From IMG/VR virus record IMGVR_UViG_2061766007_000803: a DNA stretch of 20,000 nt; one strand, 5' to 3'. Position 1 is the stretch's first letter, and each line of letters starts with the position of its first letter. Shown here in pieces: positions 1 through 9,528 of this stretch. This DNA is from an uncultured virus (IMG/VR IMGVR_UViG_2061766007_000803). Taxonomy: Duplodnaviria > Heunggongvirae > Uroviricota > Caudoviricetes. Under the pieces are notes generated by a model. It was given only the letters and a program-made list of their open reading frames with translations, made no database searches and was not told where the DNA came from. Made by a program: the position numbers and the translations under genes.

Positions 1-197
1 ATTTGCGCTTAAAACCTACCGGGGTAGAGAATAAGTATAAAGTTGAGCGTATATCCCGGTCTATTGAGAAAGACCGTTTTAGTGCGCTTGAGTATGCACT
101 TTATCGCATTAAATACTATGAAGATAAAGAAATTTTTAGAAAAAGAAAAAAGAATCTTGGTTAGTTTGGTTTCTTTACTCCTAATAATAGGAGGTGA
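1..197 (+). CDS. terL: Terminase large subunit, C-terminal end (5' truncated by window; one in-frame TAG read as Gln)
   Basis: Frame from nt 3 reads LRLKPTGVENKYKVERISRSIEKDRFSALEYALYRIKYYEDKEIFRKRKKNLG(TAG 162-164)FGFFTPNNRR-TGA(195-197). The KDRFSALEYAL motif matches the C-terminal nuclease-domain ending of phage TerL, and the gene lies directly upstream of the portal. It is not in the ORF track. Confidence 0.8.
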
Positions 198-202
198 TTT
201 TT

Positions 203-1741
203 GTGGGTTAGGANNNNNNNNNNNNNNNNNNNNNNNNNNNNNNNNATGTTCCAATGGATTCCCGTGAACGCACCTCTCGCTGGGGCGGTTACAGACATGG
301 CGGCGTACGTAGAGATTTCACGATAGAAGAAATTGAAGAAATAATCCGTTCTGGCGAGATTTCTGCTATTCGTGAATTATCTCGTTATTATTATAGAACA
401 AACGGACGTTATAGAAATAATATTGACTTTCTCGCAAGTTTGCCCTTATATGATACACTTGTTACACCGCTTTATGAGACTGGTAAAGGCTCAAAGGCGC
501 AGATAATTAAAGCTTTTTATAATGCTTGCTCTTTTGTAGAAGCTTTAGATGTTAAGAATACTTTAACCCGTATTACTCGTGAATGGTTAAAGACGGGGGT
601 ATATTATGGTATTTTACAGGAGTACGGTAATAAAGTAGTTGTATAGGATTTACCGGTACAGTACTGTCGTACACGTTATAAGGACTTTAACAACTTACAT
701 ATACTTGAATTTAATGTAGAATATTTCATTAATACTTATACGGATGAAGCAATCCGCGAAGCAGCAGTATTAAATTATCCAGAAGTTGTACAAAGAGCTT
801 GGCGCGCATGGAGAAGCGATAGTTCCAAAAAGGTTAACCCTTGGGTTATGATTCCTGCAAGTATGGGCGGGGTTACTTTCTGTTTTGCAGAAGACTAGAC
901 TCCACTTCTTATTGCGGCGATACCTGAATTAGCCAAAATGAAAGACGCAGTTGGACGTGAAGAAAAACGTGATGAAAATGAATTATATAAATTATTAATT
1001 CATAAGATGCCAGTAGATAGCAATGGTCATTTAGTATTTGAACTTGATGAAATTGAGCAATTACATGCTGGTATTGCGAGTATGCTACAAGATTTGGATA
1101 CTGTTGATGTATTAACTACTGTAGGTGATGCTACATTAGAGAATTTACAAGATTCTTCCGCGGCATCGCAAGCTAATAATAGAATTGAAAAATATAGCGA
1201 TAATGCATGGGATGCTTTAGGTAGCAGTAAATTATTTTTCAATGCTGATAATAGTTCTTCTTTAGCATATGTTATTAAACGTTTAACAAGCATTATGCGT
1301 ACATATTTAAATATGTATGATACTTGGATTCGTTTTCTAATAAATAGCCGTTTTAGTCGCACTGGTTTAACATTTGATTTTGAAATTTTACCTACAACTG
1401 AATTTAATTTGAAAGATTACGTTGGGTTCTGTCTACAATAGGCGCAATTTGGTTATCCTCGTATGCGCGCGGGTGTAGCAATGGGTGTAAAACAACGTAA
1501 TTTAGTAAGCGCACTTGATTTTGAAAATGAATTCTTAAATCTAGATGAAAATATGGTGCCATTAATGTCATCTTATACACAATCTGGTAATGAAAATTCT
1601 AACAAAAAAACTTCAACTTCAGAAAAAAATAGTAGTAGTTCAGTGTAGATAAAAGACATAACTAATAAGGGCGGAAGACCAGCGTTAGCTGATGAAGACC
1701 GTTCTCAGAAAACATAGGCAAACATTGACGCTATGGGTTAA
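203..1741 (+). CDS. Portal protein (~512 aa; TAG-recoded)
   Basis: Track ORFs 254-646, 938-1441 and 1463-1648 share one frame and are separated only by TAG (644, 896, 1439, 1646, 1715; also 209 if the start is GTG 203). The first TAA is at 1739-1741, abutting the next SD. SD AGGAGGTGA lies at 189-197. The product has IRELSRYYY, QDLPVQYCRT and a C-terminal KGGRP tail typical of portals, and lies between terL and the protease. The start is uncertain because of the N gap at 214-245. Confidence 0.85.
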
Positions 1742-1753
1742 GGAGGAAAAATT

Positions 1754-3059
1754 ATGAAAAGGAATATTCCAATTTATTTTGATAATGCCGTCATAATGTC
1801 ACCTGCTGAACCCATCGGCAATGGGTCCTCAGGTCTTAATAGATTAAGAGTTGGCGTATTTACTAAATATAGTAACCGCAATGGTTCTTATATTACTGAT
1901 GCAGTTGCCAATATGATGATTGATGGGACAATGAGCCGCCCAACTCCAGTAGTTGGATTCTTTGACCCAGAATCAAAAACATGGGCAAGTCATACCGGAC
2001 CAGACCTTGCAAATGCATATGGTTATGTAGAAGGTTTCGAAGGATGGAAGCCATTCGTAGATACCGATGGCGTTGAGCGCGAATACGCTGTTTTCTCTGT
2101 GGCTTTATTTACAAATTATTTTAATGAAGCCAATTTTGTAGTTGGACAAAATCAATCAATGGAACTTGATATTCACTCAATTGAAGGTAATTGGGCGAAT
2201 ATCGGTGACAAAGAATATTTTGTCTATACCAAAGCCGAAATCATGGGATTGTGTATCATTGGAGACCACGAACCATGTTTCTCAGTATCTTCATTCTTTA
2301 GTAAGAATGATGATGCATATAAATCTCAATATGATAAGTTCTCTTCTCTATTGGCTGATTTGAAAGCTAAAGTGGAAGAGGCAGAAAATCAACCAATCGA
2401 AGGAGGGGAACATCAAATGGAAAATGAAATGAATCCCGANNNNNNNNNNTGAAGCTCCGGCTGAAGAACCTGTAAACCAGGAGCCAGAAGCTCCAGTTGC
2501 AGATGAGCCTGCCGCTGAAGAACCAGCTGCAGAACCAGAACAGGAACCGGCTGCAGAAGAACCTGCAGAGGAACCTGCGGCTGAAGAGCCTGCTGCTGAG
2601 CCTGAAGGTGAAAAGGGTGAAGAACCCGCAGCGGAAGAACCTGCTGCAGATTTTGAAGCACAGATTACTGAACTTCAGAATCAATTAAATGAAATGACTA
2701 CTAACTACGAAAATGCTCAAACTCGTATCGCAGAACTCGAAGCCCAGATAACATCCGCGTCTGAGACTGAGACCAATCTACGTAATGAGATTGCTACTTA
2801 TGAAGCCGAGCGTGCTCGTTTAGAGGTAGAAAAGAAAAATGCTTTAATTGAACGTTATGAGAATAATCTAAATGATGACGAACTTGAAGATGTACGTAAT
2901 CATGTAGCTGAATATTCTTATAATGAAATTGAAAGCAAGTTAGCAATTACATTTGCTAATAAACAAATGGCTGGCAGTGCTGACAACAAAGTAGTTCCAC
3001 TACCAGAACCTGTTGTTGACGACTTCGCGGAATTTATGAAGAATTACCGCAAGAATTAA
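1754..3059 (+). CDS. Prohead protease / scaffold fusion protein
   Basis: SD AGGAGG at 1741-1746, then ATG 1754. The N-terminal domain (NRNGSYIT, QSMEL, GLCIIG..EPCF) is typical of capsid maturation protease-like proteins. After a 10-N gap (2440-2449) the frame at 2451 continues through an acidic Pro/Ala/Glu repeat and a coiled coil into track ORF 2694-3059 (TAA). No in-frame TAG. Confidence 0.75.
2417..3059 (+). CDS. Putative nested scaffold protein translated from an internal in-frame start
   Basis: Internal SD AGGAGGGG (2401-2408) precedes in-frame ATG 2417 (MENEMNP) exactly at the boundary between the protease-like domain and the acidic/coiled-coil region. Confidence 0.55.
2451..2648 (+). 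repeat. Coding tandem repeat (EPAAE-type units) in the scaffold region
   Basis: Translates to EAPAEEPVNQEPEAPVADEPAAEEPAAEPEQEPAAEEPAEEPAAEEPAAEPEGEKGEEPAAEEPAA, with 7 EPAA copies and varied synonymous codons. Confidence 0.9.
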
Positions 3060-3072
3060 GGAGGAATAAATC

Positions 3073-3674
3073 ATGGGTAATTATGTAAGATTTCCGATTA
3101 CCAATGTTGAAGGCGATTTAGTTGCTCAGTATCGCAATCCTAGAGAAAAGCTATATGCCAGCCTCGAACTAAACCAAGTAGCATTCCCAAAGACNNNNNN
3201 NNNNNNNNNNNNNNNNNNNNNNNNNNNNNNNNNNNNNNNNNNNNNNNNNNNNNNNNNNNNNNNNNNNNNNNNNNNNNNNNNNNNNNNNNTGGTATCGTAT
3301 ATACCACAGAAAAAGAATATGATATGATGCATTATGGTCTACAGCGCTTTGGCCGCAAGATTGCTGGGGATTATCCTCGTGTTGGTCTATTTGGCATTGG
3401 CGATACTGTAACCACCAACTGCTTACAGTATAGTAAGACTAATTTCGCTACTGAAGCGGCTTTACTAGAAGCATTAAAGAAGGACTTATCCGTTGCTGAT
3501 AACGCCCTATATGTTGTTCCTGGTGTAAACTCTGACTTAGCTGATGATTCTGCTAAGGCTGTTCCAGAAATTGTTAAGGCTGCTCCTCAATCCGGCATTT
3601 ATGGCCGTATTACTAAGTTCTACACGATTCCTAACGGCGGTATCGGCGTTAAGTATCAGATTATTAAACTATAA
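3073..3674 (+). CDS. Head decoration / capsid-stabilising-like structural protein
   Basis: SD AGGAGG at 3059-3064, ATG 3073. Track ORFs 3073 and 3324 join across the N gap at 3195-3289 (GIVYTTEKEYDMMHYGLQRF...), ending TAA 3672-3674. It lies between scaffold and capsid, has high-expression codon usage and no TAG. Function is inferred from position. Confidence 0.6.
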
Positions 3675-3688
3675 TGGAGGTGCGACTT

Positions 3689-4797
3689 ATGGATAGACTA
3701 CATATGTTAATGAACGGTGTATTTGGTCGCGCCNNNNNNNNNNNNNNNNNNNNNNNNNNNNNNNNNNAAATTATGATTATGAAGCCGCTCTCCGTGATGA
3801 ATTAGCAAAGCTAATGACCAAGGATGGCGTACACTTCAATCGTCACGTCTTCAATCGTAACAAGGAAGACGTATTTGAACTCCTAGAAGAAAATCTACAG
3901 GAAATGCTTCCACAGAACATTAAGAGTGCTCTCGATATGTTCGTAGAAGTAAAGCATTATGCTCAGGGCCAGCGCCCAGAGTTCCGCGTTGTTCGCGGCA
4001 AGATTCGTGGCAAGCAGTTTGTAACTCGTGCTACCGAATCTGGTAACTATGAGACCTTCCGTCTAGACCGTGATCGCTTTGATTTATACATCCAGGCAAT
4101 CGGCGGCGCTGGATATGTTGACTTCGAACGTTATCTTGATGGTCTTGAAAACATGACCGATATCTATGAAGTAATCCAGGAAGGTATTGTTGACCGTCTA
4201 TTCGAAATGGTACAGGAATGCTTACTAGCTTCTTGGAACGCTGCTGGCCGTCCAGTACGTAACAAGGTAGCTGCTAATACCTTCAATCCTGCTGCTATGA
4301 AGAAACTTTGCAACACCGTTGCTCCTTATGGCTCCCCAATTATCTATTGCACTCCTGAGTTCGCCGCAGAAATGGTAAATGCTATTATTTATAATGCAAC
4401 CACCAAGATTTCTGATGTTGACATGCAGGAAGTTCGCGACCGTGGATACATTGGTAAGTTCCAGGGTGTACCAGTTGTTGTTATGCCTCAGTCCTTCACT
4501 GATGAGAAGAACGAGAAACTAATGTTCAACCCATCTTTCGCTTATGTCCTACCAGCTGGCAAGGAAAAGATTATTAAGATGGCATTTGAAGGTTCTCCTT
4601 ACTTCCGTGAGTGGGATGACCACGAAGGCGACAACCAGTTCACTCTACAGGGCTATGTAAAGGTTGGTGTTGGCCTATTTACTACTCCTAACTACTGGGG
4701 CATCTATTACAATAGTGCTCTAGACGATGGTTCTGGTTGGGAAACCTATAATCAGGCTCTAGTTCCTACTTTTGATGACGGTACCGCTAATTCCTAA
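3689..4797 (+). CDS. Major capsid protein
   Basis: SD GGAGGTG at 3676-3682, ATG 3689 (MDRLHMLMNGVFGRA), N gap, then track ORF 3814-4797; about 370 aa. It contains GYIGKFQGVPVVVMPQ, typical of HK97-fold capsids, has strongly biased codon usage, is followed by a terminator and has no in-frame TAG. Confidence 0.85.
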
Positions 4798-4813
4798 TAG
4801 ATGATATAAAGTT

Positions 4814-4852
4814 GGGAGGGAGAGATTCTCTCTCCCTCCCGGTTCTTTTTTT
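4814..4852 (+). terminator. Intrinsic terminator after the major capsid gene
   Basis: Perfect 12-bp stem GGGAGGGAGAGA (4814-4825) / TTC loop / TCTCTCCCTCCC (4829-4840), followed by GGTTCTTTTTTT. Confidence 0.85.
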
Positions 4853-4876
4853 GGAGATAAAAGGAGGATTTAAATT

Positions 4877-5314
4877 ATGATTAGAATTAAAAACGTAAGT
4901 ACTTCGCTCGTATCTTTATATGTGCCAAGTATTAGATTAAATCGTGAATTGACGCCAGGGCGCGCAATTCCAGTATCCCAGGAAGAATATGAAGAACTAA
5001 CTTTCGATCCTGGTTTTATGGCTCTTGTTAATGGACATTATGTTGTAATTGAGGGCATTGAAGAAGAACGCCAGGTAACAGAAGTTGGCCCTGTATTTGA
5101 AGCAAGCAAAATTGAAAAGATGCTTCTTGAAAATGATGTAGCTGCTTTTATTAAGTTTATTCCAAATGCAACTGAAGCAGAAAAGGAAAGCGCAGTTACA
5201 TTAGCAGTCGAGCATAAGATTACCAATTCTGGTATCGTAGCTTTAATTAAGAAATACTGCGACGTTGATGTTATACAGGCTATTGCAGCTAAGCACGACG
5301 CAGAAGAGAAGTGA
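4877..5314 (+). CDS. Hypothetical phage protein (145 aa) following the capsid gene
   Basis: SD AAGGAGG at 4861-4867, complete ORF, TGA stop, no TAG. Confidence 0.8.
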   Translation: MIRIKNVSTSLVSLYVPSIRLNRELTPGRAIPVSQEEYEELTFDPGFMALVNGHYVVIEGIEEERQVTEVGPVFEASKIEKMLLENDVAAFIKFIPNATEAEKESAVTLAVEHKITNSGIVALIKKYCDVDVIQAIAAKHDAEEK

Positions 5315-5320
5315 TGAAAA

Positions 5321-5782
5321 ATGGCAACACCCTTCTTAAAGGTTTATGATGCTTTTCTCGCGCGAATAACCGCCGATGAATGGACATTAGAAGAAGAGTT
5401 AGCTATCGTTGAACGAGATTGGCAAGAGCTTCTCAAAATGGCTATTGCTCGGTTTAAATATCCTCGTGTGAGTTTAGATTTTGAGGAGGTTAACGCCGCT
5501 GAAGATGAAGAAAACGCTCCTCAACTTAAAATATATTAGTTTACTAGTGATTTAACCAATGATGAAATTCAGCTTCTTGCAGTTTATATGAAGCATGAAT
5601 GGATTAAACGTTGTGTTGCTAGTTGGGAACATATTGGTCAGCTCTATACTTCAAAGGATTTCTCTGCCGCGAATCACTTAGATAAATTAAACGACCTTGA
5701 AGCAAATGTGTTGCGTGAGGTCGAAGAACAGTAGGATATATATGATAGGTCTAGAGGAAAAGTCCCTGCAGATATCTTTAGA
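5321..5782 (+). CDS. Head-tail adaptor / neck-type protein (TAG-recoded; 3' end in N gap)
   Basis: MATPFLKVYDAFLARIT... reads through TAG 5537 and TAG 5732 (FTSDLTNDEIQLLAVYMKHEWIKR...KDFSAANHLDKL) up to the gap at 5783-5792. The FSxANHL motif and position suggest a head-completion protein. Confidence 0.6.
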
Positions 5783-5792
5783 NNNNNNNNNN

Positions 5793-6061
5793 CTAAAGTC
5801 ACATTTGATGGCTATAAAGGTAAACTAAAAGGACGTCTATATGGACTACTTTGTGAGCGCGAAAAAGACGGAGAATGGGAAAAATTCCTTGATACTCTAA
5901 TCATTGAATTACGAGGCTTGGGAGCCAATTCTATTAATTGGTGGCCGCTTATGGGTAAATTAAATGCATTAAAATATATGTCTTATGAATATTTTAGAAA
6001 GACAATATTTGAATGTATTAATTTAGTTGGCGGTTTAGATATCCCGGATGAATTACGTTGA
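5793..6061 (+). CDS. Small hypothetical protein (start lost in N gap)
   Basis: Open frame from 5795: KVTFDGYKGKLKGRLYGLLCEREKDGEWEKFLDTLIIELRGLG...YEYFRKTIFECINLVGGLDIPDELR-TGA (6059-6061), overlapping the next start at 6048. It is missed by the ORF track. Confidence 0.7.
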
Positions 6062-7242
6062 TGTATATTTTTCCCGTGTAAATCACTTTGGAGAAACGCC
6101 AGCTGAACGAATTAAAAATAGCGGGATTGTGGCTTTTGAAAAATGGATGGCACAATCTCCATTTACAGTTACTGACTTATCCGTAGAACGTGGTTACTAT
6201 TTTAGCGGCATAATACAAACCAATAAGGATAAGGAAGAAAAGAAAATCATGTATTTGTATGTTGCTAATGATATACCAATTGTTGTTGGTGATATACTTA
6301 CATGGAGACAAGATAATGGAGCCATTGAAAAATGGCTTTTATTATAGAAAGAGCATAAAGTGCATGAATAGTATCAAACATTTTAGATAATTAAATGTAA
6401 TTATGAATTAAGATGGATTGATGCTGATGGCTATTTACATAAGTCTTGGGCTTATGCAGTAAGTTCGGTAGATAGTAAAGTTAAAGGTAATTTCCGTATG
6501 TGGCATTCACTAATTTCACCACAGCCTAATAAGTTTGCAGAAATTATTATGCCAAGACCCGAATTAAAAGGTACTGATAAAGATGAATTAATGCGTGGAA
6601 TTACTTTTATTATTGAGAACGAAGGTTGGGTAGTTATTGAATGTGACTGGACTAGCGTTGAAGGTATTGTTTATATGTCTTTAACTGAAAGTAAAGTAAA
6701 CTATCAATATGATGACCGTGATTTAGACGTCGCGGCTCTTGATAGATATAAATTCCCAATTTTACAGCCATTATATAAGGTAGGAGATTATATTATACCA
6801 GAATTTGAGCCAGAAACGCTGAATGAATGGGAAATTGAATTAATTCCTACAAATAGTGCATTAGTTCAAAAAGATGAAGAAAGTGGTCACTGGCAGGCAA
6901 TCGCGGCCGGTAAGCTAANNNNNNNNNNNNNNNNNNNNNNNNNNNNNNNNNNNNNNNNNNNNNNNNNNNNNNNNNNNNNNNNNNNNNACTGCATATATCG
7001 AAGGGCCAGATGAAATTAGATTAGATAGATATGCGACTTATAAATTACATGGAACTAGCGAAATAATTGGCGCAGTTACATTTGATTTAGAAGAATCACC
7101 ATATGCTAGCGTATCTAATATAGGAACTAATGAAATAGCAATTCATGCCAATGCTAAAAATAAATTAGGGGAAGTTATTTTAAGCGCTACGTATAATGGG
7201 GTAACCTATACGAAGACAATTAAAATAGTACCTCTATGGTGA
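6048..7242 (+). CDS. Head-closure / head-tail joining-type protein with beta-rich (Ig-like) C-terminal extension (TAG-recoded)
   Basis: Track ORFs 6048-6347 and 6498- are in one frame joined via TAG 6345, 6369 and 6384 (VGDILTW...WLLLQKE...FQIIKCNYELRWID). After the gap at 6919-6987 it reads TAYIEGPDEIRLDR...YTKTIKIVPLW-TGA (7240-7242). Confidence 0.6.
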
Positions 7243-7252
7243 GGTGAGTTAA

Positions 7253-7759
7253 ATGCCAGTTAATGAACCAACACAGCGGCGATTCGCAGTTATGGGCACA
7301 AATGCATTTAATATCGCCAATAAACTAATGCAAAATTAGCGTTTATGTCGTCTTCTTAAATACCAAGTAAGAGACCCTTTTGATGAATAGAAATATGAGA
7401 ATGTTGATGGAGTATTACTCCTAAATAAGCAAATTATGATTACTCCCAAAATTTGGGACGAAAGTACGGAGAAAACTTCATATATAGTTGCATTGTTCGA
7501 TGATTTTACTACCAACTTAATAAATCCAGATTACAAGATAGATACAATTAGTTTTGATATAGCTTGTCCTTATGATGAATGGGTTTTAAGTGGTACATCA
7601 TTACGCCCATATCTTATTATGGAAGAAATTGATAAGATGTTTAATGGCGCGCAAATGTCTGGTATTGGAACATTACAATTTGTAAGAGCAGATAGAAATG
7701 TATTTACCTCACAAATTGGCGGCTACACTATGAAGTATAGTATTAATGAATTTAACTGA
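7253..7759 (+). CDS. Tail completion / tail terminator-like protein (TAG-recoded, 168 aa)
   Basis: SD GAGGTGA at 7241-7247, ATG 7253. It reads through TAG 7337 and 7388 (NKLMQNQRLCRLLKY) into track ORF 7436-7759 (FDIACPYDEW...RPYLIMEEIDKMFN), TGA stop. Function is inferred from position. Confidence 0.6.
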
Positions 7760-8523
7760 TTCAGATGTTCTCAAGTTTCAAAAAGGTAGTCCGGTATTTA
7801 TAGACGATATTTGCGCGGTTTATCCTGCAACTCTTGGAGAGATTGTAGACCTTGGCTATGATAAATTTCAACAATATTTATCAATTGCTACTGCAACGAA
7901 ACCTATAACAAACAAAGCTGATAGAGAATTAAATGAATNNNNNNNNNNNNNNNNNNNNNNNNNNNNNNNNNNNNNNNNNNNNNNNNNNNNNNTTAGCAAC
8001 AAATGCATTGTTTAAACAAGCATTACATTTCTTTACACATGAAGAAATAACAATTGTTTCTAATCCACCCAGTATTCTCGTTGGCCCTTTAGTAGAATAG
8101 CGGATTATGAATGAACAATAGTTTTATGACTTTCAACATTTAATTAGGCGCATGTATTTTCTTGAAACTGAAGCCGATGAAATTATTATATATTAGAATG
8201 ATGACCCAATCACACGAAGTATAAAAGAGAAGATGCGCGCAAATAGAGAAAAGGTTAGAAAGGCAAAAGCAAAGTAGAGTCAAGGTAGTGATTCCGATAT
8301 GAAATTATCGGACCTCATTGGTAGTATGACTATCAATGATTGTGGCCTAAATATGGTAAATATTTGGGATATTACATATTATGCTTTTCACGATTAGCTA
8401 AAGCGGATGGGCTGGCGTGACTAGTTTAATATAAATTAGAAAGCCGCCCTCGCGGGCGCGAAAATCAAAAAATCACAGTTAAAGCATTGGATGCGTTCCA
8501 TTGCAAGCTCTGATAAATCATGA
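7746..8523 (+). CDS. Conserved hypothetical tail-assembly-region protein (TAG-recoded, ~258 aa)
   Basis: ATG 7746 overlaps the upstream gene. After the gap at 7939-7992 the frame from 7993 is open except for 7 TAGs (8098, 8119, 8194, 8275, 8395, 8422, 8437) and ends at TGA 8521-8523, just before the tail-tube SD. It contains NIWDITYYAFHD(TAG)LKRM and AALAGAK. Confidence 0.75.
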
Positions 8524-8543
8524 TTTATAAGGAGGTAACTTTT

Positions 8544-9515
8544 ATGGCAAGTAACGTTAATATTTTTGATAAGTATGGCATTAAAGAAGTTGCTAACGTT
8601 TACTTTGAGGCTCTAGATGACGATGCTGCTGCTGGCGTATACGCTGGTGATATCGTTCTATTCCTAGATACTCTAAAAGTTTCCACCATTGAAACTACTG
8701 CCGAGAATACCGCTGCACAGGGCGGTTGGGGTAATCCAAAACTCGTACAGTGGGACTATGGTAAGGAAATTAATATTACTCTAGAAGATGCTCTAATGTC
8801 CTTAGAATCCCTACGTTTCATGTTAGGCGGTGCTATTAAAAAATCCGGCGTAGACGGTGCTAAGGTAGTAGTACGTCATACTGAAGAAGTTGTTTGCACC
8901 ACTGGTGGCGCGGTTCCACTACCAAAAGACCATCTTACTAATGCAACACTACATCCAGTTGCTACTTATGAACATCCAATTCGTTTAATCAACTTAACAA
9001 CCGGTGCTCGTACTCAGCTAAAGCCAGCAACTGCAGCTGCAGCTTCCATCTCCATGGATGGCGAAAAGGCTATTCAGTTTGTTAATCCTAAGATGCTTGG
9101 TGCTGAACCAGAAACCACCAAGGCTGGCGACCACATTCGTATTTTCTGGGAAGAAGAAGTAGCACAGTCTGGTACAGATGCTGATAGCGCTGTTGAAGTA
9201 ACTATTTCTCCTGATACCTTCCCAGGCACCTATCGTGTTGTTGGTGATACCTTCATGCGTTCTGAGAAGACCGGTAAGGATGAACCCTTCCAATTTGTTA
9301 TCAACAAGGCAAAGGTACAGAGCAACGTTACCATCACTCTACAGGCTGAAGGCGATCCTTCTACCTTCGAGATGACTCTAAACGTACTCCGTTCTACCAA
9401 CGATGAAGGTCAGAACGAAATGATGAAGCTAGTTCGTTATAATATTGAAACCGCAACCGCTTCTGGTTCTGGTGACGATATTGGTTCTCTAACCGTAGCG
9501 ACCTCTGCTGGCTAA
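8544..9515 (+). CDS. Major tail (tube) protein, 323 aa
   Basis: SD AAGGAGGT at 8529-8536 favours ATG 8544 over the track start at 8520. Motifs include YGIKEVANV, AQGGWGNPKLVQWDYGKE and ITLQAEGDPSTFEMTLNVL. It has high-expression codon usage, no TAG, and a terminator follows. Confidence 0.8.
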   Translation: MASNVNIFDKYGIKEVANVYFEALDDDAAAGVYAGDIVLFLDTLKVSTIETTAENTAAQGGWGNPKLVQWDYGKEINITLEDALMSLESLRFMLGGAIKKSGVDGAKVVVRHTEEVVCTTGGAVPLPKDHLTNATLHPVATYEHPIRLINLTTGARTQLKPATAAAASISMDGEKAIQFVNPKMLGAEPETTKAGDHIRIFWEEEVAQSGTDADSAVEVTISPDTFPGTYRVVGDTFMRSEKTGKDEPFQFVINKAKVQSNVTITLQAEGDPSTFEMTLNVLRSTNDEGQNEMMKLVRYNIETATASGSGDDIGSLTVATSAG

Positions 9516-9528
9516 TTAACGATATAAT

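Noticed and set aside
2451..2648. Repeat region as a CRISPR array or DNA-level regulatory repeat
   Set aside because: The units are codon-phased, vary at synonymous positions and have no unique spacers, so this is a protein repeat.
4795..4800. TAA-TAG double stop after the capsid as evidence that TAG still terminates
   Set aside because: TAA comes first, and a single following TAG is uninformative.
5321..6061. Fusing the 5321 and 5795 frames into one gene because they share a frame
   Set aside because: They are separated by a 10-N placeholder gap of unknown true length, so two genes are at least as likely. Unresolved.
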